This document shows positions 12,621 to 26,664 of a stretch of 64,000 nucleotides of DNA, piece after piece (the stretch's first letter is position 1; every line of letters starts with the position of its first letter). The position numbers and the translations under genes are program-made. The notes beneath the pieces are model-generated. The model made no database searches. It was given only the letters and a program-made list of their open reading frames with translations, and had not been told where the DNA came from. This DNA comes from Eledone cirrhosa (Eukaryota): NCBI GenBank assembly GCA_964016885.1, contig OZ024743.1:216690001-216754000 (forward strand), given 5' to 3'.

Positions 12621-13205
12621 CATTTTTATTTTCTATTCTGCATTTAATCCAATTTCTTGGGAAGACATCATTGCTGATCTACCTACTTCCTTTCTTTATA
12701 TCATAATTAACAATGATACGCACGAAGATTCCGTGTTAATGTTGTTGTTGTTGTTTAGCCCCATGTCAGTCCTAATTAACCAGACCTGTGATGAAAGTTG
12801 TTCTCTTGTCTTGATATGTTTTTGCTTGAGGTATAATGTAAAAATGTTTCGATATTTACAAACACATCAACATTTAATTATATACATTTTAGCATCTATC
12901 TATTTGAATTTGTTAAATACTTAAATATGTTAAATTCTCTAAATATTAGGATTAGGTTTATTAAATAAGGTTATAGTGATTAAAAAAATATATTAACCAC
13001 TATAATGGTAATGAATACAGAAATCATTATTAGATTTGACACACATTTTATGAGATTGTACAACAAGACGAATATAATGGCTCGCGAAGACAAAAAAACA
13101 TTTTCGGCCGTGGTTGGTAAATTACGCTTACGAAATCGGAGGGAAAAGCGACATTAATAAATATTGCAAGTTTTTGTAAATGAATAAAAATAAACAATAA
13201 AATCC

Positions 13206-13269
13206 AAGGGCAGTGCCCCAGCATGCCCTCAGCCGGATGGCTGGAACATGTAAAAGAGTAAAAGAGTAA
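13206..13269 (+). mobile_element. 3' terminus of the LINE family at 30955-31960 (or a SINE sharing it)
   Basis: GCCCCAGCATGCCCTCAGCCGGATGGCTGGAACATG(TAAAAGAG)n matches 30955-31022 in reverse complement. Confidence 0.8.
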
Positions 13270-13399
13270 TACTATTACTCAATAAAAGGGAGAATCACCC
13301 TGGTGTGACTCAGGTACCCCACCAACTCTGAAGCAACAGACAATCCAAGAGAAACCGACGAGGGCACCCCTCATCTCTCCAATCCAGCCAGCCCACAAC

Positions 13400-14120
13400 G
13401 CATGATTGGATTCGACCCATCCTCGCAAACTTCACCATCCTTTTAGCAGAGGAACTGGGGAGGGTGGGGGTGGATCCCATCCCTCTCCAAATGAAACTTG
13501 AAAAATTTAATGAGAGATTGACCAAAGAATAAAGTGACTTCTACAGTCTTTTCAGTTTCGTCCACCACACGATGTCTTTCGCTACAGCCACCAGAGAAAG
13601 GTAAACTGCAGGCCCTTCCCGGTCAAAAGAAGGCGGGATCTTCACGATATACTGGGCCGATAGCCGTATCCTGCCCACACGAGAGGACATCTGTTCAACA
13701 TAATTCAACAAGTCAGCAATGCGCAGGGACTGGACGAGTACGTGCAGAAAGATTTAGTTACTCAACGTGCTTCTTGGACAGGACCGCCTCACTGCACTTC
13801 CATGCCAGTAGAATTTATCTCGAACCGGTTGTATCCACCTTCACACAGAGGGACAGCCACAGCCGGAACAAATGCAAGGGCGAGGGATTTCAGTATGTTA
13901 ACCATAGTCCTCAGCTCAAACGTCCTTAGGAATTGTCTGGTCAGTTCGATTTCTTCGACGTCCAGATCCTCCTCGAGAGAATATTCGCACTTGCTCACAA
14001 TTAACCCAGTAGAGTTTTCTAGGGTGGGATTTCCACTGACCGCATTTCCCACCTGGTATTGGGCAGAGAATACCAGACAAATTCCATTTTCTAGGCGCAC
14101 AGTCTCTATCTATTCTTGAC
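13400..14120 (-). pseudogene. Decayed Tx1/L1-clade LINE ORF2 3' part (zf-RVT region)
   Basis: Broken frames give PVRDKFYWHG, CPRS...LHVLVQ...LLNYVEQ and VAKDIVWWTKLK. Confidence 0.6.
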
Positions 14121-14876
14121 CCAGGACTGTAACTTAGTCAAAGAGATGAGTTGAGAAAAGAACTGTCTTTCGTTTTGCAATGGGGATATTTACAAGTCGG
14201 CATTAAACTCACAAAGCTCGTCGGGCAAATAATCCAAGCTAAGCTATTTCTCCTTTGCACAACCTCTTATCATCACCAGTATCTCAGCTGCCGTTGCTGG
14301 TTTTCCATAACAATCTGGTTTATGTTGATTCAATAGCTGCTTTGGGTAGTTGAGATGAACATTAATTTCCTCCGTATCCACTCGCCGCTATAGACATCCG
14401 GACACATTTCTGGATAAATGCACTTATTTGTCTAGTGTCAAATACCAGACATCCATTGCAATATATAATTATATATTTGTTAAATATATAATTATCATTT
14501 ACTTGCCGTGTCACACCGCTTTCACTAGAGGACCATAAATGGACTTTATTGTCAAGTGTCTAAGAGACGGCGATGAGCTCTTACAAAACGACCTTCGTGC
14601 GAAAAAGTGTTCGTAAAATGTTTGTCATGCTTTTCTATATCGATATTTACTGACAAATTTCCTCCTAATCTATTCATTCTATCACTATTTCTCTGCGATA
14701 CACCATCGATTCTAGTCAAATACCTCTTTTCGTAATGATGCACCAATAGTTGTCTGGGATCGACCCTTTCTAATCCAATGTAAATATTTCACAAATCTGG
14801 TCACTAAAAACATTCAGCTTCGGTAACGTGGTATCAAGTTTTCCATCCTTTGTTGACTGTGCAACCAACAAATATG

Positions 14877-15610
14877 ATCCTTGTGATGTTATTATTAACG
14901 TTTGTTCAGGTCACTGCCTAGAATTGTCCTCGGAATCTTGAGGTTAGTAGTCCCCTTTTTAACGCCCTTTTTTTTTTCTCTTGATTTTTTTATTTTAGGG
15001 CTTATAAACTGATAATTTTCTATCCTTCCTCAATACCGGTTACCATATACTACTCATATCTTCAATAGGTCTGCTTAGGAGGGTATTGTGTCCTAGCATA
15101 TGTGCTGCCTCTTTCAGTTTTCGTGTTTTCCAGTGGTGTCCTCCGTCTATTATTTTAAGTTCATCCCACAGGGGAAGGTGGTTTCCGTTTTTCCATACAT
15201 GATCAGCTATACCCGATTTATCGATCTCTCCTCGTGTCACAGCTTTACGATGTTCTTCTACCCTTATTTTGAGGAGGCGACCTGTTTCGCCTTCATATAA
15301 CCTACCACAACTGCATGGGATGAGTACACGCAGTCTTTGGTCATATTCTCTTCTATTGTCATTCTACTCCAAGGAGATATTTGCGAAGTGTTGTATTACT
15401 CTTGTATATTGTCCGAGTACTAACGCCAAGCTTCCGACTACAATTCTAGGCAATGACCTGAACAAACGTTAATAATAACATCACTAGGACACCTGATGAA
15501 GGCTGGAGAGTACATCAGCCGAAACTGCGTGTTAACAACAAAACAAGATGAGGACACCTATCCGTCCAATATATATGATGTAAATAATTCCTCGTCTCAA
15601 AAATATAGAA
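14877..15610 (-). mobile_element. Truncated Penelope/Poseidon-type PLE: GIY-YIG fragment (~15010-15430) and inverted pLTR with HHR (15488-15533, plus)
   Basis: IPCSCGRLYEGETGR..KIRVEEHRK..KSGIADHVW..KLKEA; 14877-14927 inverted at 15440-15490; GACAC-CTGATGA-A-GGCTG..CAGCC-GAAA-CTGC-GTGTT (UH lost). Confidence 0.85.
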
Positions 15611-15989
15611 CAGTATTAAAACTCTATAAGCAGGTTTTATGGTTTTGCATAACCTTTTTTATCGGGTTCTCCTAAGGTTCATCGATGATATTCTACCAGT
15701 CACTCAGTAGTACTAACACGTGTGACAGCTCCAAATATATTTCAAGACACTTGAAGAGGTTTGTCTGGTTATTCTTGCTCAGTCGAAGCATATATATATG
15801 TCTCACACATTCTATCAACTCTTCTTTCTTTTTTCGGAGAGCGGCAAAATTAAAGACTGGTTATGTATATGCTTCTTGCCTCTACGTTTCTTTTTTATTG
15901 GCGTTACTCTTTATGTTATTATAATGGTTTTATATGTTTATTTGCTGATTATACTAATTTAATTTCTGATGCTGTCGTGGCGATTGTAC

Positions 15990-16330
15990 TGATAGGTGGA
16001 TACTTTACAGGCTTCTTCGCGTCTTGTCTACCTTCCTAAATATTTTTTTTTATGTATGATATGTTGATGTCTATGTGTTTACTTCCTTTTTCATTCCAGG
16101 GCTGGTGCTATGCTCAAGTTTGCTACTCTTTCTCTGTTTGACAAAGGTTGGAGAAGGGTGATACAGATTGAGGCATGTGGGCATTTGCGTTTTATATTCC
16201 CTTTTTTTTTTTAGCAAGAGATTATTTGTGAGGTTTCATTTTCCGAATATGGTGGTAATCCATTTGTAAGTTGTTTGCAATCCCGTTTTCGTACATGGTG
16301 TCAGTCCCTTTGTATTGATTTTAGGCAATT
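15990..16330 (-). pseudogene. Possible very decayed PLE endonuclease tail
   Basis: NLCQTEK resembles the C.LC..EK motif of PLE families A and B; many stops. Confidence 0.3.
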
Positions 16331-17592
16331 TTTTTCTGTTGCTGTTTGTATGACTGCTGATAATGATAGTGATGATGGTATTGTTGTTGTTTCAGCTGCT
16401 GTTGGTGTTATTGTAGTGGTTGTGTATTTATAGCAGTAATCTATTTACACACCTTTCCCCATTTCAGCATGAAGATGACAATGCAAAATTTTTAGAATAG
16501 TTAAATACGCGGGTAATGGGATAGTCGGGAGTAGGGGTGAAACTGAACAGAGGTAGTCATGAATATGTATCAATTATGTGGTGGTAGGGGTAGAATATTT
16601 CCTGAAGCATATGAGATGCCGCAGATAATGGTGTGGAACCCGATCTCATCGCAACCCACATCAATTATATTTTGTTATTTTCACTTCTAATTGAATTTTA
16701 CTGAAACTTTTACACCAGAGTCAGGATGACAGCCAGGGTGAAAGGTTTCAGTTGAGTTTCTGCTAGAAATCTCCTTAAGGAGGATACCTAAATAGCATAT
16801 ATTAAATACACATGTGCATCTAAACACATATGTTCTAATCTATTAAAAATGTTCATTTATTTTTCGTGAGTTGTCCAGAATAATTAAATAATCTTATATA
16901 CAGGATCGCTACTTTCACATAGCATTCCTTCTTCTAGTTTACATTATCACTACCTCATCCTCTCGTCCACTATCTCTCTTCATGCCTCTATCACTCTCAT
17001 CCAGTCTCTTTCATTTGTTCTCTCCCTCCCTTTGTATTGTCAATTACACTTAAGATATATACATAAAGACTCGCATACATGTGCATATTCATAAACCGCA
17101 CTAATATACCTGCAAATATAAATGGATGCAAAGAAACTTCACTGTTTACATATTTCTTTTACACTCTATCTCTTTTTAACAATCTGCTATATGTATCAAC
17201 AACGCAATAATCGATTTAATTCAACACAGTTTATTACTAGTTCTTAATTCTGAACGGAAAAATGTATGCATCAGAATATTACTTTGTGATATAGATATTG
17301 TGTTATAGAATATGTATATAGTCTTAATTAAAATATAAGGCATGAGCCACAATATGATTGCTCAACCTTATGAACCGGTGAAAAGCAGTAACAGAACGCA
17401 TTATTTGGCCGTAATAAAATGGATATTTAAACTCTACATCGACATTGAGTACTCTTTTCTCTCAGCCGTCAACTACGCACTCACACACATACGCGCGCGC
17501 GCGCACTCGCACACATATATATATTTATATATATATATAAATATATATATATAAATATACGTATGTGTGTGAGTGTGTGTTGTGTATGTATA

Positions 17593-17624
<32 letters not shown>

Positions 17625-17650
17625 AATGTGTGTATTTGTGTGTGTGTATT

Positions 17651-17693
<43 letters not shown>

Positions 17694-18148
17694 TGTGGTG
17701 CTTTTTGTTTTTTAACTGGCTTAGATCTATACCGGCTATAAATTCAAGATATATTTCATTTTGAATTTGCCGCGAGACTGACGAGTCGTTCTTCAACGCG
17801 TGACGTTATTATTTGCTGGTGAATACCTTACCCTTTATAGCAGTAATTTCTTGTTACACAGACTGGATAGACCACATCGCACTCTCTCGCTATAATAATT
17901 ATATCTAATGGCGCTTTGCAGAAGCGTTGTGCATATGTGAACATGTTGCCACTGTGATTGGCGAATTGAAAATTGCACTTATCGATGCAGTTTGCACTTG
18001 CAGAAACAGGTCCTGGAAAACCAAATGCGACAGTCCCATTACAAATATGCGAGATTCGTTCGCTTACATATTCAAACGCTATTTCATTCATTGAGTAAGT
18101 GAGCAATCGAGATATTATAGTGAATATTTCCAATAACCTCGCTGCAAT

Positions 18149-18191
<43 letters not shown>

Positions 18192-18195
<4 letters not shown>

Positions 18196-18600
18196 ATTAG
18201 AGTTAAAACTCAATTGGAACCCTGTAACTATTAAGCTCAAAGTATAAATACTGAGCCGATTAATAATATATAGTAAGAAACACAGTAAACCGTGTGTCTA
18301 AAATTACAAGGGTTGAAAAACCACATTTGTTTGAAATATTTAACCAAGAAGCAGACAGAATGATAAATTATACAAACCGCCTCAATAACCATTATATCTC
18401 TCGGACAGATTATCCCTAATCTGTTTCGCCCTGAGTGTGTTTGTAACAGATAATCCTGGGCTTCATCAGCGAGAGAATCTGATTAAATGCCACAAACACT
18501 ATTTGTCAACGTTCACACAGAAAGATGAATTTGTCACCTCGTGCGCCGCTACTCAAACGTGGTATGCGTGTATTGAATAGAAATAACAATCCAACACACA
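18192..18600 (-). mobile_element. ORF-less pLTR/retrozyme-like insert between (TA)n runs
   Basis: Unique ~410 bp bounded by TA repeats, carrying a complete HHR. Confidence 0.65.
18397..18476 (-). ncRNA. Complete type I hammerhead ribozyme
   Basis: TCTCTCG-CTGATGA-A-GCCC...GGGC-GAA-ACAGATTA ggga TAATCTGT-C-CGAGAGA: 7-bp stem I, 8-bp stem III, GUC site. Confidence 0.9.
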
Positions 18601-18874
18601 CATATATATATATACTAAGTGTTTATATATATGTATGTGGCCGGTGTTCGGTTTTATGTACAGAGGAATATTGATAAGAGTTTATTCTTTATTTTTCACG
18701 CAGCGAAATGTTATTCATCATCTTATCCATTACCATTTAAATGCGACGAAAAAGTTTATATTTAGTGACTTCCACATTCGTAATCCTTCTTTTTTATTGT
18801 CATACACAGCATTACCCACAGAATTATCAATATAACTATGAGTGTAGTATGCCACACAACTGCCAAACACTATA

Positions 18875-19372
18875 AATAATTGTTTCTACTTTTGGCACAA
18901 GGCCAGCAATTATCTAGTGCATTACTGGTACTTTATTTTATCGACCCCGTAAGGATGAAAGGCAAAGTTAACCTCGGTGGGATTTGAACTCATAATAGCA
19001 GGGCCGTAACTCTTTGCTGCAAAGCATGGGGTCCGACCCTCTACCGATACTGCCAATCACCACCACTACAGATAATTGTTTCTACGTTTGGCACAAGGCC
19101 AGCAATCAATCAGTGCATTACTGGTACTTTATTTTATTGACCTCGTAAGGATGAAAGGCAAAGTTAACCTCCGCGGGATTTGAACTCAAGGGCCATAACT
19201 ATATACGTCAAAGCATGGCGTCCGACCCTCTACCGAAACTGCCAATCCACCAATACAAATAATTGTTTCTACTTTTGACACAAGACAAGCAATTAACCAG
19301 TAAATTACTGGTACTTTATTTTATCGATCCCGTAAGGATGAAAGGTAAAGTTGACCTCGGCGGGATTTGAAC
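18875..19372 (-). mobile_element. Three tandem SINE copies (~18875-19064, 19072-19250, 19258-19372)
   Basis: ATAATTGTTTCTAC...GGATTTGAACT repeated three times. Confidence 0.9.
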
Positions 19373-19994
19373 TGTCGTTATGTTGATATGTTTAACGCAA
19401 AGTCTTCGTTATATAAAATACAGATCATAGCTAAAATTCCTATGGGATATTATTGTTGGAACATAAATCTTAATTTAATGAATGCTATAACGGGTCTTGA
19501 ATTACATTTAACATTAAAATGCTTTAATCAAAAGATAGTGTTTCTTATTCTGCCAGAATTGGTTTGATATTTGTCACATTTTCATATATTTTTCTTACTT
19601 GTTTATCAAATATTTGTTAGGCATTTTCTTTCTTTCTCTTGCAAATCAAGTGTCATTTTTGACATTTCAGATGTGGTGTATGAGAGAGATGTGGTGTATG
19701 AGATGTGGTGTATGAGAGAATGAGAGAGAAAGAGATAGAGGGGTGCATTTACACAAATATCTCTATATGTGAGACTGATGCATAGATATCCTTTTGTATA
19801 TGAGTGGGGTATGGGGTGTGTGATGTTTGTATTTGTTTTTGCTAGGTTTTGTTAATATATTCTCTTCTTTCAATGATATATTCCATTTTCAAGTGTTCTT
19901 TTCCATTCCAGTGATACAGTTACTGTTGCGGCTAATGTTGACGTCATACTCTTTGTCATTTTAATCCTAATCAGCAGCAGGAAATGTAACAGTA

Positions 19995-20335
19995 TCGTCG
20001 TTGTTGTTGTCAGAGTCATCATCAGTAACACTACCTTAAACTTTATCATCTGTATCATCACCAGCATCTCCAGCGCAACCACCATCACCAACACCACCTC
20101 CATCATCATCATATTCAACATCATCACCATATTCACCCTCATCACTAACCTTAATATCATCACCATCGTTATCATCGTAATCATCCTTATCATCACTACC
20201 GCTATCGCCACAACCACTACCACCACCACCATCATCTTCCCTATCATCACCAGCATTAATACCACCACCATGATCATCACCATAGTTGTCATCGCAATCG
20301 TCACTATTATCTCCACAATCACCACAAACATCATA
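19995..20335. repeat. Degenerate (CAT/CAC)n low-complexity tract
   Basis: Trinucleotide periodicity; source of the D/G-rich and M/V-rich spurious ORFs. Confidence 0.85.
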
Positions 20336-20616
20336 TTTCTCAAAAACCCCATCGGTTAGATTAGTGTGAATATATTTTAATGGAAGAAGCTTTAAAATTC
20401 TAACTGAGGAAAATAAACAAAATTGCTCATTACCTGAATATTCTGTCTCGTTTTTTCTCATTGTATATATATTTCTGGTTAACTCGTTGCATTAAAATAT
20501 ATTAACTAAGTAGTTATTGCAAGAGCATTTATTTCGTGTTCTTAAATTAAATGCCATCGCATTAAGATATTCTATCACTAAAGTTACCTATTAGTTCTGA
20601 TGTAGATAGTGTCAAT

Positions 20617-20811
20617 TACGAGATTTCTGAAAAGTTCATAGGCTGACTATGAAGCAATTATGGTAGCGCTGTGAAATCTTGCATGCATTACTCTCAAATT
20701 TCAACTTTTCTTGTTAATAAATTCATTATTCTCTTCCAGGGACTATGCTGAAATATAAACCTCATTTGTTGATTCTTGGTCAGCCTATTATCTTTTAAGC
20801 CGATTCTCGTA
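20617..20811. mobile_element. Mariner-derived MITE
   Basis: TACGAG..CTGAAAAGTTCATAGGCTGAC / GTCAGCCTAT..CTCGTA; related to 26665, 51813 and ~57595. Confidence 0.7.
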
Positions 20812-21142
20812 CTTCTTGAAACAGCTATGATGATATATCATGCTGTGGTTTCGATGATGAACATGTATTTCATCGTCAAATAAATACCCTGCCCGGTGTT
20901 TCATTGTAACTTCATGTCCTTTGTTTCTTTGACGTACTGCCAGTTCTTAATGAGTACTAAAATTACTGTGTGCCAACTGCCAACTCAATATTTTCTCGAA
21001 AATATCTACTCCTAAGAATGCCAATTCAAGTTTAGTCTCTTTTATTTGACAGTATGATTTCTCTTTTTTCTGTATTTGACACTCTGTTTCTATTTGCCTT
21101 CCCTCCACCTTCTTATAAGCTTTCTCTATATGTATGCATATG

Positions 21143-21295
21143 ACGGCGAATTGACGGAGTAATTAGAACGTCGGATAGAATGCTCTATGTTATTCGTTCC
21201 AGCTACCTGATCCATCCGTTCAAATCCCGCGGAGGTCTAATTTGCCTTTCATCATTTCGATATCGATAACAAGTACCAGTCTAGTACTAATCGAT
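21143..21295 (+). mobile_element. Old SINE copy
   Basis: GTTCAAATCCCGCGGAGGTCTAATTTGCCTTTCATC...AAGTACCAG. Confidence 0.65.
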
Positions 21296-23527
21296 TCTTC
21301 CTCTATATGCCGTTGTCAATTACTTTCTTTCAATCTCTCTATCCTTCTCTGGAAATAATCTGCTTTACTTAGGCCTTGTTAGGCTTTAAAAGGTGCCCAA
21401 TCCCAATACAACGCCCCTACCTCTCCATCAGGAGCAGCGCGACCATACCATGCTATATATGTATGTAATATGAGCCGGTCGTCTAAAACTATAATGAGGT
21501 GACTATAATGAGCATGCACCTTCTGCCCTCTACAGATATTTGTAGTGCTTTAATTGGACGCTTGAAAGCAACATTAAAATCTAACGAAACAATCATACAT
21601 CTGCTCTGTCATTTCTGTATATACTCAAATATCTCTATCAATATACAAATAATAAATTTATATGAATTAGTTATTTACTCTTAGTACGGCTATATGATAT
21701 ATGTGAAGCATACAGCCACATTTCCTTAAAAGTATCATTAATGATTAACACTTATACGTATTTCCTGTACAAATTAACTACGATAAAGTTTAAGAATAAC
21801 GGATCTATTAATTTGGTACTAAGAAATAAATTTCCTTGTACTTAGCTGGTACTTATTCTATAGAAAGCACGTATGATAATATTTTCAAACAATAATCTAC
21901 AGCAACGATGCCATGCCTTATGGGAATGGAGTAATTTTGCGAACAATTTGGGGGCAGCTGTTGTTGCTATGTGTCATATTACCCACATTGCTATGGCTCA
22001 CAAGACATGTGCTATTATAACGACCATATATTTATCTCCTGTTTCTGAATAGCTTAGGATTCAATGTATGTCATATGTCGAGATGAGGCTACTCTTCCTG
22101 TCAATAATCTTATATTTTCGCTTATGTGATGAATGCTTCTTCTCGTTATTTCTGTTCAAGTAGGTCAGGCCAGTTACCTCGGGTCGCTGCATGTTTTATT
22201 TGAGTTCATGCGTCTCAGGCTTTAGGCGTATGTGTGTAAATATGCGTGTTTCTGTACGTATATGTCCATATAGTGAACAATGATTTCAGTTGTTCGAACA
22301 AGTAAATAGCCATCGTCAAATCGACGGAGGACCATTGATTTACTAATGTGTGTTGGGAGGAGGTTTAATTATGAAATTGATAGTCCTGGTTATCAGATTA
22401 ATGTACTTTCCTGTTCAAGAATATTTAAGCAGCAACATTTTCTGCTACTCGTGTTTTCTTTTCATTTTATATTTCTGTTTTGTTTTAAAGAGTGGGAGAG
22501 AATTTATATTATGATTAAGTGTTAATATTTAAATAGGAAAACACATAACATAACTGCAAACCTCTTTTATTCCGAGATCGAATCCATTTTTTTCTTTACT
22601 GTTTGTCTTAAAGAGTGAAGCGTATATAATAAATAATGAGCGATTATTGGTGGACAAGTCAACGTTTGTTTTTGTCTAGACAGTTCTTTATCAAATAAAC
22701 AGGATTATCACTTAAAAAATTAAGTAAATAATCTTCTTAGCTTTGCTGGTTTTGATTATTTATCTTATAATTTTGTTGAAGATGGACGTCTTGTGACACG
22801 AGTTGTGTTTAAGTTATGGCAATAAACCAGTGACTTTGACATAAAATTGTTTTGGCAGTTATTTTTAATTTGGCTTTTCATAATAATCGTATTTTATTAT
22901 TCATGATACTTTTATTGAATCTGCAAAATTCACAGACACGCCCATTATACCAAAACATGGAATTAAACGTATTATATACTGAATAGTTTGATGCCTGTCT
23001 GAAAAATATATTCGATCTAATGGCATCAGCAGAAAAATATCCCTCAAATAACATCTTACTGTCTTAAATACGGAAAATAAACGATAAAATATTAATTGAC
23101 ACATGTTCCTTAAAATAATGGAAACAAGTGGAAATAAAATAGTATTTACAGCTCATACGTATGAATGTTTAACTGGACTCGTACAAGGTTGTATCTCACG
23201 GTTTATATGTTTTAATGATAGTGGTCCAAATCCTATAATGAAAAGCAAAATGAAATGAAGCAACAAAAGTTGATTTGAAGCTAAGCAATAAAAACCACAA
23301 TAAATTCTAAATTAAAAAATAAAATAGAACAGGAGATCTTATGCCCTTTTACTGATACTTCAATGTGAAAATATTTTTTTTTTTATATTTCATAAATTTT
23401 GTTTACCAGAATCATTATAGATACCCCTTTCAATAACCAGCTACAACAAATTTAGGGATGACTCTGTGATGCCTTTTTTGTAGAAGTTTTGTCTCTAGTA
23501 TCTAAGAAACTAGATAATGATATTATT

Positions 23528-23680
23528 GGCGGTGAATTGGCAAGTTACGGCCCTTGCCATTCTGAGTTCAAATTCCGCCGAGGTTAACTTTGCCTTTCAT
23601 CCTTACGGGGTCGATAAAATAAAGTACCAGTAATGTGCTGGGTATTTGCTGGCCTTGTGCCGATAGTAGAAACAATTATT
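23528..23680 (+). mobile_element. SINE, internally deleted
   Basis: GAGTTCAAATTCCGCCGAGGTTAACTTTGCC...GTAGAAACAATTATT. Confidence 0.85.
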
Positions 23681-26664
23681 ATTACTTTTAATAATGTCGA
23701 CCAGGAGAAAAGATAAAGCCTTTTGAATTTAATACTTTAATGGATTGGGTCATTCATGGATTGTCGAGATAAATTTGCATATTTACAACTCATTTAGTTG
23801 TTGAACAACCCAACCTTCCACTATCCAGTGTGGCATATAGCGGACATACAACATATATATTATAGAAAATGTAGTATATATGAATTAAAGCTGGTGAAAA
23901 GTCTCAGTGTCAGTTATTCAAGGTTGTAATTAATTACAGTGACAACATCCCCAACTTATCTTTGAGTACGCTGTCATGTATCTGGTCTATTGGCAACAAC
24001 TTGAAAAGCTATACTCACTATGTGCTGCGTCTATCTGCCGATTTTAAGAGAAAAGTCGTTCGGAGCACGATTAGTTACAATAAACATCGAGTATTGCCCC
24101 GTTCGATCTGCTCAGATTTTGCCTAGTGGGCTTTCCTTGTCCAATGTTTTTTCTTTGACTACGTCATGACATTTCCTTGACATTGGGGAATCTGTGGAGA
24201 GAGAACACGAAATATATCTCGCACCACCGGCTAAAATTCATATAAGTTTCTGGACCGTACAGGTCTATAACAATAAAAATATTTTCAAATATTTTTCGAC
24301 AAATATAGTTTTGTTGCACGAAATATATATAAATATTATCTAGGTAACTATATAGCAGCTAAAAGATTCCAAACAATAACCCTAATGTTGGTAGTCTCTA
24401 GGCTAGTTTTTATTTGGATCGCCTCAGATTACGAATCTCTCCTTTGTTTTACAAAAGGACTGAATGTCATGTACTCTCATTATGATACTCTAAATGAGTG
24501 CACTTCTCCTTAAATCTGTTAGATCCAATTTGGTTTCTCATACTTATAATTTCCCCAAACCAGATCACATTGATAGATACTGGCAGCTATAATGTGTATT
24601 TCTTAATATGCTTTAGAAATAATACTTTTCACAGTTGTTGAATCCATGAGTTCATAAAAAATTTGTGCTAATACAAATATGATACCATTGAACGCTCTAA
24701 CAGTTACTTAATGATTCAGTTAGGAAAAATCTTACTTCAGAGAATAACCCACTGTGAATTTTTAATGCATATGCGTCTGCTTCTCTTCGAATGTTTCTGA
24801 TTCTTTAGATTTAATGTGAATTTTCCACTATTTCGCTTTCCATTTTGTTTTTCTAATACGATCCTGAGGAAGTTATAAAGACATTTTAAATAAAATAATA
24901 ATGGATTCTTTATTTAAATAAAATCATGAAAAATGGAGACAGTTGATGTTTTTATTCTACTTATTTTATCAATACTAACATAGCATATCATTTATTTTCA
25001 TAATCCTCTTACTTTGATAGCTTTAATAGCTTTTAATAAGAAGAACGAAATTGTCAGTTCATATGAAAATGTTAGTCTCTGGGGGTCGATATCGAACATA
25101 TGTGTGTGTCTGTGCGTCTGTGCTTTAAGTTCCTTTTTCGGCCAGGACAGTAAATGTCCATTGTCGGAGCATATATACTTGCCTTATACCACCTGAATCA
25201 ACAGATATGAATGTGTATACTTCAGGAATAATGGATGCTTCCGGCTTTTATACGATCAAAAACAATATATATTTTTTAATTTATCAATCTGATCTAGATG
25301 AGGTCTCTCGGTGCTGGTATAAAGGGAAGTAATTTCCAGAAACAAACAAGGTTATCAAGTATAATATATTATACAGAACTCTTTGTATATCCTTCACTGT
25401 GATATATATATATTTATATATATATATATATATATATATAGTCACGCCAGTTATTTTCATTTTGGGGTTAGGTTTTCTTTCTTTTATAACTTTATGTAAT
25501 ACACACAATGAGTAACCCTGCCCATATACGATGCTAATAGACTCAGAAATATTTATACATCATCACCAATATGTATGCAACACTCCAAAAACACACGTAA
25601 ATGTATTTAAATTAGAAAGAAATCACACACTCATATGTCCTTCTTTTTCATCTTCTTTCATCTATGAACCACATGTTTTTTGTCAACTTCTACTCATTGA
25701 ACCTTATTTTTGTCGGAGCATATATATGTGACTTATACCAGTTATTTTTGTATTCTACTACTCATAATAAAGGACTAACGTCCGATATATTGAACTTACA
25801 TTTATGCCGATGATGTTGAAGATTATGATGAGGGTTCATATCTGGAAGGTTAATGATTTTTCTTTTTATTAAACTGATGAGTCTGACATTTTATACTTGT
25901 TTACATTTTAACTTATTCAGAATGTCTAACGAAATGTTTTGACAGCCATCATATTATTAGATATTTAAAGAGTAAATATAATTACCTTTCTCAATAACAC
26001 GGAGCAAATCTGTCTCAAACCCTGATCTACCGATCTATGAGATGAAAGGTTACTATCGTTTGCACTCCTGTATCTTATCACTGTACGTCTCAATTATAGT
26101 GCATTCATTTGTATAATCATCTGTTATAGCTCTAGTGACAACCATCGATCGATTCCCTTGAAACATTATCCAGAACATCTAAAGCTTTATCGAGAAATTC
26201 AGATTATCAGTTTTCTGAATTAAATTGAATAATATAATGTTTGTCGTGTATTTAATTTCTCTTTCTTAATGATAAGAAGCTTCGTTTTTAATCAATAATT
26301 TTTCCTTTTTTTTCCAAAAATAACGAGGGAAAGTAAACATTAATCATTTGGGTTTCCCCTTACTATTATATTACATACAATGTAATAGCTTGCTAGTCTT
26401 GTTAGATTACCAGATTGAATATGGATTAAATTACAGAAGTTTCGTTATTTTACTTTACGGCTTTTAGAAACGGTTGTATCAGATATTAGTCTACTCTTCT
26501 CCTATGTGTGGTTCTTGGAAAATGATCATGTTATTTTTATAGTTTTATTTTTTATTCATATATCATCAGGTATGACAAAATATGACGACAAAAATAATCT
26601 GTTGTGTTAAACTTTCTCTGTGATTCTGAAGTGTTGTATCCAATAATTAATTGGGTTGTATATC

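Noticed and set aside
14390-14800. Possible Tc1/mariner transposase remnant
   Set aside because: Motifs too degraded to support by eye
17739-17815. CTGACGA with a GTC/GAC stem, and a nearby GAAATATATC hairpin
   Set aside because: GAAA is missing after the stem and the two parts are on opposite strands
18875-19372. CRISPR-like array
   Set aside because: Repeats are ~180-bp SINEs in eukaryotic DNA; no unique spacers or cas genes
19870-20461. Asp/Gly-rich and Met/Val-rich ORFs resembling biomineral proteins
   Set aside because: Both are frames of a degenerate trinucleotide repeat; no signal peptide or splice support
25289-25358. CTAGATGA...GAAAC...GTT HHR-like pattern
   Set aside because: Core has an insertion and stem II is poor
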